A DNA stretch of 64,000 bases, from assembly GCF_052425735.1 (NCBI RefSeq), contig NC_135770.1:21576001-21640000 (forward strand), in the 5' to 3' direction. Each line of letters opens with the position of its first letter. Position 1 is the first letter of the stretch. Below the pieces are notes generated by a model, which worked only from the letters and a program-made list of their open reading frames with translations, was not told the origin of the DNA and did no database searches. The translations under genes were made by a program, and so were the position numbers. Of the stretch, positions 11,630-25,126 are shown piece by piece. The DNA comes from Oculina patagonica. Lineage: Eukaryota.

Positions 11630-14600
11630 ATGGACAACTTTGCAAGAATTCAGATTCTGTGCCTCGCCTGGTTGCTAGCAGTGACTGTAAGTTGATAATT
11701 GTTATTTCCAATCTCGCCCAGTATCGTCTTTGAAATTTTTTTCAAGGCATTTAACTCACTCTCGCTACTAAAGCATATCTTTGTTATGAAGATGTGGAAT
11801 GTTCGAAATCCAACCAATGTTCAATTATAAAAAAACAGCGTTGAGCACGAGTGTTGAGATCCCGAAAGGCCGGTTATTAGTAAGAATTGAAAGGCAACCT
11901 ACAGTATGAGCATTTCACAAATAATTCGAGACTTTCGCTGGAGTTTAGGATGAATGTTTTGGATGGGAGATGAAGTCTTTTTTTTTTCACTTTTTACTAT
12001 TTACTTCTAAAGCTGTTTATGCCTTATTGCATCTCGTTGCACTAAAAAACAATGCATACTTTGATATCCTTTTGAGTTTTCAGCTTTCACAGAAAAATGT
12101 TTCTGTAAAAATGAATTATTGCTGTTTTTTTCCCTGTAAACTGATTTTGTTTTCAAGTAAACTTAATAACTGAAATCCTTTTCTGCTAGGTTGCTTCATC
12201 AACCACAGGGACAAGAGGAGCCAAAGGTAGATTAAACATTATCTGTAAATGATATATGGGAATTTCTAATCGCTTTCAAGTTATGTCACGAAAGACAAAA
12301 TGGTCTTATGTATTAAATTCTCGTGTGACCTCTAAATAAATATTTAAAACTATAAAAAACTGACACTGAAAAGGATCGCGACTGAAGGCAATATCGAAAT
12401 CTTTCATAGCCAATTTGTACGAAAGCTCCACAAGTTGAGTATCATAACCTTGGCGCCACTCCAAAATGGCTTATTAACAACATTATCTCTACTGCAGCGT
12501 TTACCTGGGGGACGCCCATATAAAAGACGGGATAGTTGTCGTCTCGCTGGTTTTGGTTTCACTTAGGGTTGCATGTGAAGAAATAAAAATCGCCATCATA
12601 CTGTCTTGGCGGATCGATCAGGCATGACAAAAATGGTATCTTTTAAGGGTCGATAAAAGCTTGAGCAACGCCCAGATCGGTCCCTCTTAGGGGTTTAATT
12701 CATATTTTCCGACAAATATCCCCGTCCCTTTGTTATGGGAGTTCTCGCCCACTTCCAGGCTTACACCGGGGAAGATGACTACCTACATCGAAGAGCCAAC
12801 AGCATCCCACTTCGGAAGAACAAAAGATAGTCAACGATCCCCGCACCAAGTTAGCTACAATGCAACTTATCATTGTCAAAATTGAAGCGCGAGTAGAATA
12901 ACTGTTTTGTTAAAAGCAACCTCAAACTATCGATAAATCTTGCAGTTTTATTTTATAAAGAGGATTTTTTTCGGATGTTGGATGTTTTTATACCTTTTGT
13001 CTTTTGTATTTTAACAGCATATGGATGCTCGAGTGGTGAGCTGTCCAAATTCCCCACCAAATATGCTAAAGATATTCAAAAGCGAGTTCTAAACATGATC
13101 CACTTCGCAAGACCCGACAACAAAGATTGGTTAATCAAACAAAGGAACTTCAAAAGAAGTCTTCTTATGGTAAGAAAGAGCTAACGCCAATAAGACCAGG
13201 CTCTTTAGATTAAAAAAAATGGACCAGGCTAGTGTGACGAATTATGCATAACTTTCCTTTAAAGGGGAAGATGTGACGAGTTATGCATAATTCGTCACAG
13301 CTAGCTTCCTTTCTCACGCGGCATTCATATTTACCTTCGAAGCTACTCTTCCAAAAAAATTGAGACACTCTTGCTAAAGGGTCGTTTTTGAAAATTTTTT
13401 TTAGTGAAACCTTACATTGAGGTTTACTGGTATTCTGTCAACCACGGAATGTTTTAGTTAAAACATTTCTTTGTTGGTTGACAGTAAGATATGCCATTTT
13501 TATTCCATTTGATGTCGTTAGGACGGGAGCAATTGCAGACCATTGCATGCCTATTGATTTGTACGGTGAACTTTGTGTCTTGAAGTATACAATGCATTGT
13601 GCTTTGGGGAAAGGCTGTGAATCTGTAAATTGATAAGGCTGACAGTCATCCAATCCAAATTGAGGTCACAAGAACAGACTTCATCTCTCGTTTGACGGTT
13701 AACCATATACATCCCTTAGTTCTCATTAAATAGAAGCAGGTATTAAGTGTAGATACACTCGTCTGTGGTAGGTTATGTGACGTGGTTACGATTAACCACT
13801 TTGCTACTTAAAACCATTGCCAAAGAAAGTGCTGTAAAGCGCCATAACCATGAACTCAGGCTAAATAGTTGTTTTTTTCTTGCAGTGGGGATTTCAACGA
13901 ATGGACAAAAACAAAAATGGTTTGGTTGACTTCAACGAAGCTGCCACAGGAAGATGGAGACTGCGAGGTTCAAGAGTGTGTCTGTTAGCTTTCCTTCACG
14001 AGTGTGATGAGGACCAGAACAGGAGTGTCTCGCTGAAGGAATGGTTGAATTGCTACAACATCACTACAGGTGACAATGTACAAAGAGGAAATTAACATAG
14101 AATTTTGTCTGGCAATATCCATTAATTGTCAGGCAGTTATTGGTATAATTTGGATATTAGAACGTGGAATGATGGAATATTAATTTTTACCGCTATAGGG
14201 CTGTTAGAGTCTCCCCGAAATATCTCACTAAATCAGGCCAAGGTATAGAAAAATTACAGATACTAAAACATGCAGTTACAACCCCTCTCCCTCTCGTCGC
14301 AAAAGAAATTACGTTTTAAGTTTAGTTTGAAAACAACATCGATCCAGAAACAATCTATGAGTAGTACAATTTCTGAACTGTTTTGATAACAATTCGCTTT
14401 TTTCATGCCGATCCCATAAAATACACCTTGGTTACCCCCCAAAATTTTTGCATAGGCATTGTTTTGCTTATGCTAAAATTTTGGGGGGTAAACAAGGTAT
14501 ATTATGGGAACGGTGAAAACAGTGAATAGCACGTTTATCTGTTCTGTTTAGAGTGTAATAAAACCTGTGTCCGTGGTCAACTTGACACAGAGCGTTGTCA

Positions 14601-17600
14601 GTGCCAGTGCCCTAAAAGTGTTATCGAAGGACGGGTAGTGACGTCATCTGGAGCCCCACTTCGAGACGTCAGTATTTTGTTAGGATTCTCCCCGCACACA
14701 GAAATGGCAAGGACCAATAAGAGTGGACACTTTTCAATGATTGACAGCTGTGAACATTCGTCTTATACGTTGAGAAAGAACGACTACATTCCTCTTCGAC
14801 TTGAGGGCGGCATTCAAAGAGATGACCTTCCGCTTTTGATCCACCTTGAAGATGCAGGTATACTGAGCAAACTCTTGCAAACTTAGCAATAGCAATTTCT
14901 CCCAGCTTCGTTTTACATTTTAAGAGCAATTATGCACATTATTGTAGTACATTTTTTTAAATTTATCTCTAAGAGCATGGCTCAGTCTCAGGAGATGAAA
15001 CCCTTGCAAATACCAAGCATATGATTACTATATCACGTAGCATCATAAGATCACTTTCTTTCATTATTTACCAGTTGCCACTTTGAAATAACATCGAAAT
15101 GTGTGTGGACGGTCCCTTTATCTTTGAATCCTACCAGCTGGATCTTGTGCAAACCAACTTATTTTTATGTCCTTAATTTTCAGAACCAGCTTACATCACC
15201 GTTAACCCTAAGAGCAAGACGCGTATTGAGGGACAAAGCGCAAGCTTCACATGTGAAGCAGAAGGGACGCCACCAATTAAAATAAGTTGGTAGGGTATCT
15301 TATCCTTGTTGCTTCGAGATGGACATTAAGCATGAGGTATACTTGCTCCCATGAGGTAGACTTGCTCCCGGTCGCGGGGTGAACTACTTTTGCTCTTTAA
15401 CAGTACGATGAGGATAGTCTTTTAACCAAGACATTGTTTCCACATGGACATTTGGCATTTGATCTCATATACATGTACAGTTATTTAGATGTCCTTTCAC
15501 ACGAGGTAACAATTGCAAGGACCCTTTTGCAAGCACCTTTCTGTGGGAGGTGTACCAAGATAGCGAGCGGTTCTATTTATTTTTGTTATTCTTGACATTA
15601 ATGTTCTTTGATGCCAATAGTTAAGTGTCGCTCATTCAATTTTATTTTATTTTGTTCTTGTTCAAGGTATCAGAATGGAAGGCTTTTGCAGGAAGTAACC
15701 TTGGGAATGAGATCGAACTTGTTCATCCCGAACGTAAATGAAGCTCAAGGCTTCTATACTTGCAAGGCTACAAACGATTACGGATCTGAGATTTCGACTT
15801 CTGCGGAGTTAAAGATCCAAGGTACGTTATGTTTCGTAACAATTGCTTCCTGGTTTGTGGTAGGAATTGTTGATGCTCTCGTACTTTTACGTTTTGCTGA
15901 AAATGTTGGTTTGTGGATTAAAAACAAGCAAACTGCTTTTTCAGTCTTTCGTAGTACTATTCTTTTAAAACAGAAAGCAAAACAAAACAACAAGAACTAC
16001 CTAACGTTTCGTTATGGAAAGGTAACAAATGTGGAATAACCGATGAGTCCAGTACACTTCCCATTATTAAAATATATAGCAGGTCTTTATCTCGACTTCG
16101 ACTTCGGGGTCGGACATTGGAAATTCTGAGATTGAAGTCATAAGAGTTATTTGTCGTATCATTTTAAAGGCATTTAAAAGTGAGAAAATTGTTTCCTCAG
16201 TTAATCTGTCGTACAAATATTAAAAGAAAAGGAACATGACAGAATTTCAAAGCCGAACATGGAATCATTTTCTTCCGCATAAGATTGATTCTCATATGCA
16301 TGGTGCACAGTAAATTACACATGTGAGATCGATGACCCTGTTTCCTACGCAGTAAACCTTTTGTGCTCTACCTCGTTCTACTATTAGTTACGACATTGCA
16401 AGTTAGAAGTAAAATGTACACAGGTCGACGAAAATGGCCCTTAAACCTTCATGGTCTTTCCAGACATTTTTTTAATTTCAAACAATTTTGAGTCAAAAGA
16501 AGAATTCGGTTGTGAGCTCAATTTAGCAAACGTATACGTTTTGGTCTTAGCCTTGAGATATGCACTTTTCTTCAAAGCTACACTGTAAAAAAAATAAACT
16601 CTCTGCGTTCTCTTTACACAGAGGAAATATTAGACACCTGCAACCGAACACCAAGGAGTCACATCATTAAACTACCACCAGGATGCAAGGTAAAAGGCAC
16701 AGGTAAAGACACAGTGGACATTGGACAATGTTCTAACGAACCTTGCTCGCAGAGTTCATCATTTTCAGACACTTGTGGAGCTAGAGAAGATTGTTGCTGC
16801 AGCCCGATGGGCGACGAACACCAAGAGAAAATCGTGGTTAGCTGTGGTGGTGGCTACCAAGACGTGGTTTTTAATCGTGTCAGTGAGTGCGGATGTAGTA
16901 CATGCGACAAAAGGGAAACTGTAATAAAAGGTGAGCCGTTTCCCGTTTTCACTAATGTTACTGTTCTAGGCTGTTTAGTTTATTATGGCATTAAAGGGAA
17001 ACTGTCAAGGGGATTTTAATGCTTTTCGGTAAAAAGTACTAAAATTGGCAAATAGGTCTTCTTGCACCTGAAAGGCACCTAGTACATCAAGATGTAGATA
17101 TAAAGTAAGTTGTTGTTGAAGGAAGAAAGGAGCCATAATAATTTTAGGTGTTTTACCAGTCCACAAGCCTGATTTTTTCAAGTTGAGATCTAAAGTTCCT
17201 GATGACATCACAATAATATCACTTTTTTATCGCTTCATTACACTTGCATGGTGATTTTTAACAAAATTGGACCACTATTCGTAGTTTCCGTATGTCTTTA
17301 GGCTCTTGAATTTTTGAAGTCAAACTGGTGACAGTGTCCGTTTAACATTAATGACTGTCCAAAGAAGCTTCATACTTCTTCATTAACCATTTTGACAGGC
17401 CAGTTATTTTAAATCATATATACTCTAGGTTAAAATGTATTGGATGGTTAACCTCTAAATCAATTTCCTTTTTTGAAAATTGTCTTAGTATTTCCACCTT
17501 CGAAAAGGAAGCACTAAAAAGTTGAAGTTGAAAAAGAAAAGGGATATTAACAAGAAGAATAAGGTTGATGGAGTTTCGTCATCACGGCATCTTTTGCTTT

Positions 17601-20600
17601 GTACAAAGGACTGATTACTAAAAGAATTATGTCATTGCGTTATAGGAGAAGTCGTCAGTGGCCCTAATCGAGACCCAGTGAAGAACGTAAGAGTTATCTT
17701 CAGAAAGGATATAGTTGATACAACTAACAAAGAGGGTAAATTCTCGTTCACTATTCCTGATGACGTGGACCGTGTGACAGTCACATTCCAAGACCCTTCA
17801 GATCAGTTCTTTGACACTACTCAAACCATGCCATTTCAGAGGGGCCAGACTGTATTCCATAGGACAGTACTACAGAAGGACGACCCACCAGTGACGTTCG
17901 ACAGCAGCCAAGACCTGAGAGTGCCACTGGGGCATGCTGGAGACAGTATGGCGGAATTACAATTGCCAGCAGATAATCTGCTGCATAAAGATGGGAAGCC
18001 GTTCAAAGGTGTGTTTCAAGACGTCAGTTTCAATTAAAAGGCTTTTGTTGTATCATTGCGAAAGCTTCGAAAGTCCATGACTTTTTTAAGCGAGATCACT
18101 GGGCACAACTGTTGAAAGTGGATCATGCAATGTAACTCGTCATAGATTATAAGAAAAAATTGTATGCGTGTGGTTGGGACCATGACTAAGTGTCCATTTG
18201 TGAGAGCTCGAAGTGTCAGCCTGCATAGGATGGCCAGAAAATACTTGTCATTTCTGTACCTCTCTACATTTGTCTTACTCGGTTTAATGTGCTTCAGCAA
18301 CCGGCTTTTTCTCCTTCGGTAGTACTTTAACGGACATATCTTTCTTCTTGTTATCTTTATTTCAAATATTTGTTTCGTTGTTTGTTTACATTGGCCCTGA
18401 GGAGCCCCACTCGGGAACTGGTCAATTAGGTATATTTAATTAAGTTTATTTTCTTGTCCCTATCTCAAATAAACTTGAAGTTGAAATGTTCTGCAGCAAC
18501 GTCAAATTCTTGTTGTTGCAGAGTGCGTGCCAGTCAGAGTACTTAATGTTTTTTTTATCTTCAAAGGTAAAGCAAAGCTTAGAGTGAGTTTAACAGATCC
18601 AAGAAACTCTAGTGACTTATTGTCTGCACCAGGAGACTTCACCACAGTTGACCAATCTGGAGGTGTTCAACCATTGAAAACATACGGGATACTTAGAATC
18701 AAAGTTCAGGACCAAGACAATGAGCAACTTGACCTTACAGAAAATATGAAGATTTATCTGGACGCTGATAAGGTAATAGCTTGTACTGTACAGGAATAAG
18801 CAGTTATGATAATCAAAGAAAATAACATGCGTGGCACTTGCAAGGGCGGATTTAGAGCGGGGCCGAGGGGGCGCCTGCCTCCCCCCTTTTTTTCTGAAGC
18901 CCTAACCGTTGGTCACAAATGCTTACACACGAACTTGAATGTTTCATTTTGGGGCGAGGGGGAGAGGGCGCTTGCTTTCGCCCCAATTTCCTCCGTCCAC
19001 TCTTCTGAAATTTGGATCGGCCCCTGACTTGGGACGTTTAGTTACACAACGGAAACGTTTCAGCAATATCGGCCATTACTGAAATCCGATTGGTGTTTTA
19101 TGGATCATTTAAGCACATTCTATATTTTTTTAATAAGCTGGCGCTCGTATAAGGAAGATACTGAAGAATATATAAAATGAAAACTCACGCCTCTTTTAAA
19201 GCTAGTGAGATTGCAGTACTATATTGCAGCCTAGCTACTATTTCAACATATCTGCAAAAGCTGTAGCAATGCGCCACTGTCATTTTAAAAGCAGAACATT
19301 TTAAACTAAATTGCATGTGCTTTCTTTTCTTCTGAAGATTACGTTGCCACGTAATTCGACTGGAGAAATGGCGCCATTGCTGTGGTGGCTGGATGCAAAG
19401 ACCGGAAGATGGCGTCAGATGGGAGAAATGAAACCAGTCAATAACTCAAGAACCAAACGCTCATTGGGTGGCAGGAGGTTTTACATCGGTGACATTAAAA
19501 CTGATAAAATATCATGCATCATCAACATCGACATCCTATGGAAGCGCTGTTATGTCCGTGCTCAGGCTTTCACCATGACCAAAAAAGGCTTGCAACCTGT
19601 CGAGGGTGCCACGGTGACGCTCATTGGCAAAGAGAATGCCGAACAGGAACAATATTATGGATATACCGAGGGAATCACCAATAAAAACGGAATAGCTTGT
19701 GTTCCAGCATGGTGCGACTCTAACGTTGTTTTACAGTCGAGCAAGTTGTCATTTAATGCAGATGGCAGTAATCGTGTCAGTCAGCTAAATCCCGACAATA
19801 CTATCCTAGAAAAGCTGCCACCTCGATTAGAAGCATCTGTTGTAGAAGGGAATGAATCGCGTTCTTTTCAGTTCACAACGAAAGTAACTTCGTTAACAGG
19901 GCCCATATTCGGCGGTGATGAGATGAACAAGTGTCTTGAACTCAGTGACACTTTGATGGTGTTTAGGTTTCACTTGAACGAGACTAAAATAGAACTGAGT
20001 CAGGTTGACGACTTCGGTTCCAGGCCACCTGGTCACCCACTGTCATGGTATACGACAGATGCCAGTAAACCAAACCTGGAACTTAAGAAGTGTTTCGTTA
20101 AAATTACAACCGAGTATGAAACATCAAATGGACCAGCTCCTATGGTATCAGTGCAGAGTTTCACACCCGACGGTCAAACCAGATACGGATTTTCCGTAAA
20201 AGAACAAACACCCACAGGCGGCAAACCCACTACTCCTGAATGGGTTTCTTGGGATCGTTTAGTCGCGGTGGCTTCTGCTTGTGTTGAATACAGATGCAGC
20301 GAAATAGACAAAGAGACATTCCTTATCGCAACTATTCTCACTAACGAATGTATGTACACAAATACAGTTCCCGAGCCTGATTGGCCAAGGTATGGAAACG
20401 TTAACATTAGTCATATAATTTCCTCTTTCAGAAGTACAACCTTCTATGCACCGGTTGACATATCTGACGGCAAATTAGGACTTTATTCGGGTCCTGGAAA
20501 GGTCGCAGAAGAGTGTTGCAAGGCCGGAACAGTGGATTGTGCAGATAATGGCATCGGAAGGATAAACAGCGATGGATATGCAGTGCAATTCGTTTATTGC

Positions 20601-20612
20601 TATCCCGACTAG
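11630..20612 (+). CDS. Secreted CILP-like (cartilage intermediate layer protein-like) protein with an N-terminal SPARC-type EC/EF-hand domain, paralog 2; 11 exons, about 1049 aa
   Basis: Exons 11630-11686, 12190-12226, 13018-13169, 13886-14069, 14552-14857, 15184-15289, 15667-15821, 16622-16930, 17646-18008, 18567-18772, 19338-20612. All are GT-AG and phase-compatible, 3150 nt in total. Signal peptide MDNFARIQILCLAWLLAVT; CILP-like CNKTCVRGQLDTERCQCQC; carboxypeptidase-regulatory-like segment; Ig domain (FTCEAEG...W...GFYTCKATNDYG); Cys-rich DIGQC...CCCS...ECGCSTC; LWWLDAKTGRW; furin site RTKR; CILP C-terminal INID...RCYVR. Confidence 0.88.
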
Positions 20613-23081
20613 GAATTCTCTCCAGACATCGAATAACTGTATTTGAAAGACCTTTAACTTTGATCAGAAGCATATCACAAGTGATTTGCTTCTGCTTTGA
20701 TTTAAACACTTGTCTTTTTTGAAGCCACCATAGGGTATTTTTATTCTATTTTGGAAACAAATTTAAAATTTTACCGTTTGTTTAAAATGTATTTCAGGCG
20801 TAGTTGAAACGTCTTTCCTGGCACTGGAAGGATTTTTCATAACGTATTTTTTGCTTAAAACATGGTTTAAATAAGGGATGTAAACATTAAATATTTGCAT
20901 TATTTTGAGATGTACACCGTGGACGTTTCTTGAATTGCATAATATTTATCCCTTAGACTTACAAGGGGGGGGGGGGGGGGGTAGATACCACGCCTACGAG
21001 GGCTTTTGCAATTTTGAGAAGAGGATTTACTCTATTGTGCTGAAACTTTCAGTAGCTGTTCATTCGTCTCTCGCGGAAACTTCGATATGTCATCTGTGTG
21101 TCCATGCTTTTGACTTTGCCATGGTACACTCAAAATTACATGCAGGTTAGCCAAATATCGTTGTTGTTGTTTTTGCTTAATTCTTTATTTTTTCCAGTTT
21201 TCTTAAACAAAATTTCATGACGAACTGAACGAATCAGGCTCTCCAAAACATCTTAGTCGTCGTTTGCTTCTAACCAAATTGAATTGAGGATTTATAAACA
21301 TCATGCTCGAGGTTTGGTCATGTGAGATTAAAATTACGAATTGTTTTGTGAGCCAGAAGTATATTAGCTTGAATCGTTCAATTTCTTTGAAGATACACTG
21401 CATTGCTGGGTGAATTGCTTCTGGCAATATTAATTACCTGATTGCATGATTTCGCTATTATCCGGCTCCAGACGTACTGCATGTGCAGTCTGTAATTCAT
21501 TTCAGTAAGGACCGCTTGAAAGTAGAAGGCAAGTGAACAGTGGGATAGGGAAAAGTATTCCCAAACTTGAGCCTGTTCTCGCATCTCGCCGGCTCGTTTC
21601 GCTCCCCGTTTTCGCGGCTTCGCCAAACAAGAAATTGCCTGCAAGCAAAGGTACCCGAAAAAAAAAACGTCATGGATTCTGCAATGAAACAATTTTTATA
21701 TGTATTTGTGAATTTTACACTAAAGATACAATGCAAAGGATTTGTTGCTGATTGAATTTATGGGTTGTTTACAGCTTTCTATAACTACTTGGCATGCATA
21801 CTTAGTAAGAAAGAATACATCCGGCAAGTTAAATTTAAATAAAATGATACACAGGGCCGAGTCAGTTGGTATAATATAAGACATATAAATCAGGCAATTT
21901 TCCGTCTGGTAGAGGGCTGTTAAATCAAAATTCGGGCATTTAGGATGCAGTATAAGGGACATGTAGACAATGAAGTTTACTAGAGAAATTAGTACTAGAG
22001 GCCGATCAAAACATCGAAAGAACGACTACGCCTATAGTTTTCCTCCCAAACAGTAATATAATCTTTTTTTTTTTTTTCATTATTCTGACTTTATTAAAAT
22101 TTCCATCTCGTACTGTACAATTAGGTTAAACCTTACTTCTTTATAAAACGATAGAAATAGCTATAACTTTACAAGTAATATCAGCCATTTTGAATGACAT
22201 TATTCAATCCATGACAGATGTGATATGAATCTGTAGGTCCATAGACCCATTCTAATAACGGCCGCCATTTTCTTTTGTTGTTTAGTCAATTTTCTTAAAA
22301 CATTGATTGCGACACTTGATAACGATACAGGAATAAAATGAAATACTGGCTGCAAAGTTGTGACTTGTTGAATTAAATAGGCCATGTTTGAGACTCGCTC
22401 TTCTCATGTTTTTGATAACATGTATGTCTATAATCTCCCATTAGAAAGAAATACTGTCTTAAAATTTCATACAGTGGTTTATTTGAACATGATCTTTAGA
22501 GCAAAGTAACTTAGTTCTGTTGACAAATCTTCCTTTAGCCGGACAAAAACAAAAAAGAAAAGAATGGCGGCCACACTTTGGTTATGGGTCTATGCAGTAA
22601 TCATAATCACACCTTGTAGTGTGCACAGGAGCCTACCAACTGAAGACTTGTCTTTATAAAGAAATTCCACCACTTCCCTCAACTCCACCCCCCCCCCTTC
22701 CAACCTGCCCTTCTCCTTATACGGTGGTGGGGTCTTTGTTTGGGTGTTTGTCCGAAGGTTAGACTTCGCTCGTTAAGGGTCCTTTATTCAAACGTTGGGC
22801 CAAGAATTAATATAAGAAACACAACTGCTATCAATGAGAATTATAACATGTGCTTTGCAGAGTATCGGGTAGCTCGTACACAAAGACAGTGGGGGAAAGC
22901 CTCTATAGGGCCTGAGTGCTTAGAATGCTTTTAAGTATAGAATGCCTAATTGGGTGATCGAATTGGATGAACGATGAATGATAATCTACAACGGCGAGCA
23001 TGAATTTTTGCTAAGGAAAATAATTAAATAGCGGTTGTGTTTTGATGGATTTCGCTCTCTTTCTTGGAATTAATTATGAGT

Positions 23082-25091
23082 TCAGATCCAATTTCCTTTC
23101 CCTGTGTCAGCCCTTTGACTTCGCCGTAACCGGATCCAGACACGTAAAAAGAGCAATACGAATAGCATAGCGATCAAGAAAAATATAACACACATCACTA
23201 TTAAAACAGTATCAACGGTGTCGTTGGATGAGCTGACATCCGTTATCGAAGATTTTGCGTGGCAAGCCTGCTTGTGTTTTTTCAAATCTTTCTGAAGGGA
23301 CCGCAACTTTTGCTGCATATTTTCGCAACTTCCGGTTGGCGTTTCGTTGTGCGGCACGCACTGAAAGTCTTTCACGCCTGCGCAGAAATCCCTGGAGAAA
23401 AATACGTTGTCTGGCGCGCTTTTGAATCCAGTGTTCAGGCGGACGATCTTGCCGAGCGTGAGGGAATGGACCTGGTCGATTTCCTGTGAATGTGAAACAA
23501 AGGGTTTAAGTGGAAATTTGATAGACTTTCTACATACATGTTTTTTGGATCACTTAAAAAATGGTTTATTCTGTCTTGTTCCACAATTGTTTCTTAGGCT
23601 GTGTTCACACTTGGTGCCTGGTCACGGTGCGCGAGTACGATTCTCGCTGGGAATTAATGTGAACATACTATTTTTTCAAGTGCCCACGCCATAATTCGGG
23701 CACGGTGCTCGTGCCCGAGTATTCGGGCAGTTAATGGTACTTTGGTTTTCTGCGTGTAAACACGACGCTATTTTTTGCTGGTGCTCAGGTACCATGTGTT
23801 CGGGCACTAAGTGTGAACACGGCCTTAGAGGTTTTCTCGCCAAGTTCCCGTTAATAGTAGAAATATTCCTGGTTTCCTCGAAAGAATCTAAAAATAACCC
23901 TTATTCCTTAAAATAAGAAAGACCTTCCTTTTCCCTCCGTTATATGATCCCTAATATTCAGAAGAGTATCAACATTCAACGTTACCTTGCGATATCAATT
24001 CATTGCCAAGATGAAAAGAAAAGGACAATAGTTAAGGAGGACATTTGCTTGATGTGTAGCTATGTGCTAACAAAATCAATACTTAGTTAGGAGAAATCAG
24101 TTTTTTAAGTAAGGTGAACAGGTAATAAAAACTGAAACCACGTGGCAACATCCACCCACGTAAAGAACAGCAAAGCATATTTTTTTCCTAAACCATAAAA
24201 CTCATTCGTTTTTCGGAATGGTTAACACATAACGCAGATTTCATAACGCAAAATCTGATGCTGTTGTCAGTTTCTTTTTTGTCCTTTCTTCTTCTAAGGC
24301 AAGTAAAAATAAACGATAATAACGAACGACGTTTCGGAGTCGTCATGACACCATTTTCAAATTCAAAAAAGGAAAGAATAATAAGCCACGGTTTTCTTAT
24401 ATTCATGCGCGTAAATCTCTTTCATGAATTAACTCTCATTTAAACACCGATAAACCAATTTTTTTATAGGATTCACACACACCACCTTTAAAAAAAAATA
24501 GCCTTCAGTAGTTACCTCTTCAGACAAAAAACGTTCATACCAGAACCTGTCGCCGTCTCTCATTCTCAAGAAGTTACGCATCACGATTCTGCAGGAAAAA
24601 AAATTGTAATAAAAAAATCTCTAATAGAAAGATTAAGCATGACGTTTGTTTTTCCCGCGAACGGCAAAAATTCAACTTCTGCCGTCTGCCGTTTGGCGTT
24701 TGAACACGGAAATCAGTAGTTTTGTGTTTGTCGTGAATGTGGGATTTTTTCCTAATTTTATGGACGTGCAGAAAATAACACCTCTACGTCAGAATGCCAT
24801 AAAGTTGATGTCATTTTATAGAATTTAAAACTATACTTTGGCCATGAAATCGTACTGTTTTTCTTAAAAAAAAGACTTTGTTACTCACGTTGTAAAGGTC
24901 GGTCCCAGTTCACTGCGGTGCTCATGATCCTCAGCCAAGCCTCCTACCCATAAGTCTACATTGTTTATGTTTTGGTAAAGTTCCGCCATCTTTAGGGCAG
25001 TCTTGGGGTCGCTAGTAATTTCGGCAAAACTAGTTATCTCTACAAAGAATTTAAAACAAACACCATTTAACAAAACGACTCCTGTAAGTAA

Positions 25092-25126
<35 letters not shown>

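Noticed and set aside
12975-13017. ATG at 12975 (MLDVFIPFVFCILT) and TTG at 1767 as signal-peptide starts
   Set aside because: These hydrophobic stretches are translated polypyrimidine tracts ending in ACAG acceptors. A conserved signal-peptide exon and a 37-nt microexon lie upstream in both paralogs.
18390-18435. CTGAGGA followed by a hairpin, as a possible hammerhead
   Set aside because: There is no GAAA box or cleavage triplet in the right spacing; it is more likely a retroelement 3'-end stem-loop.
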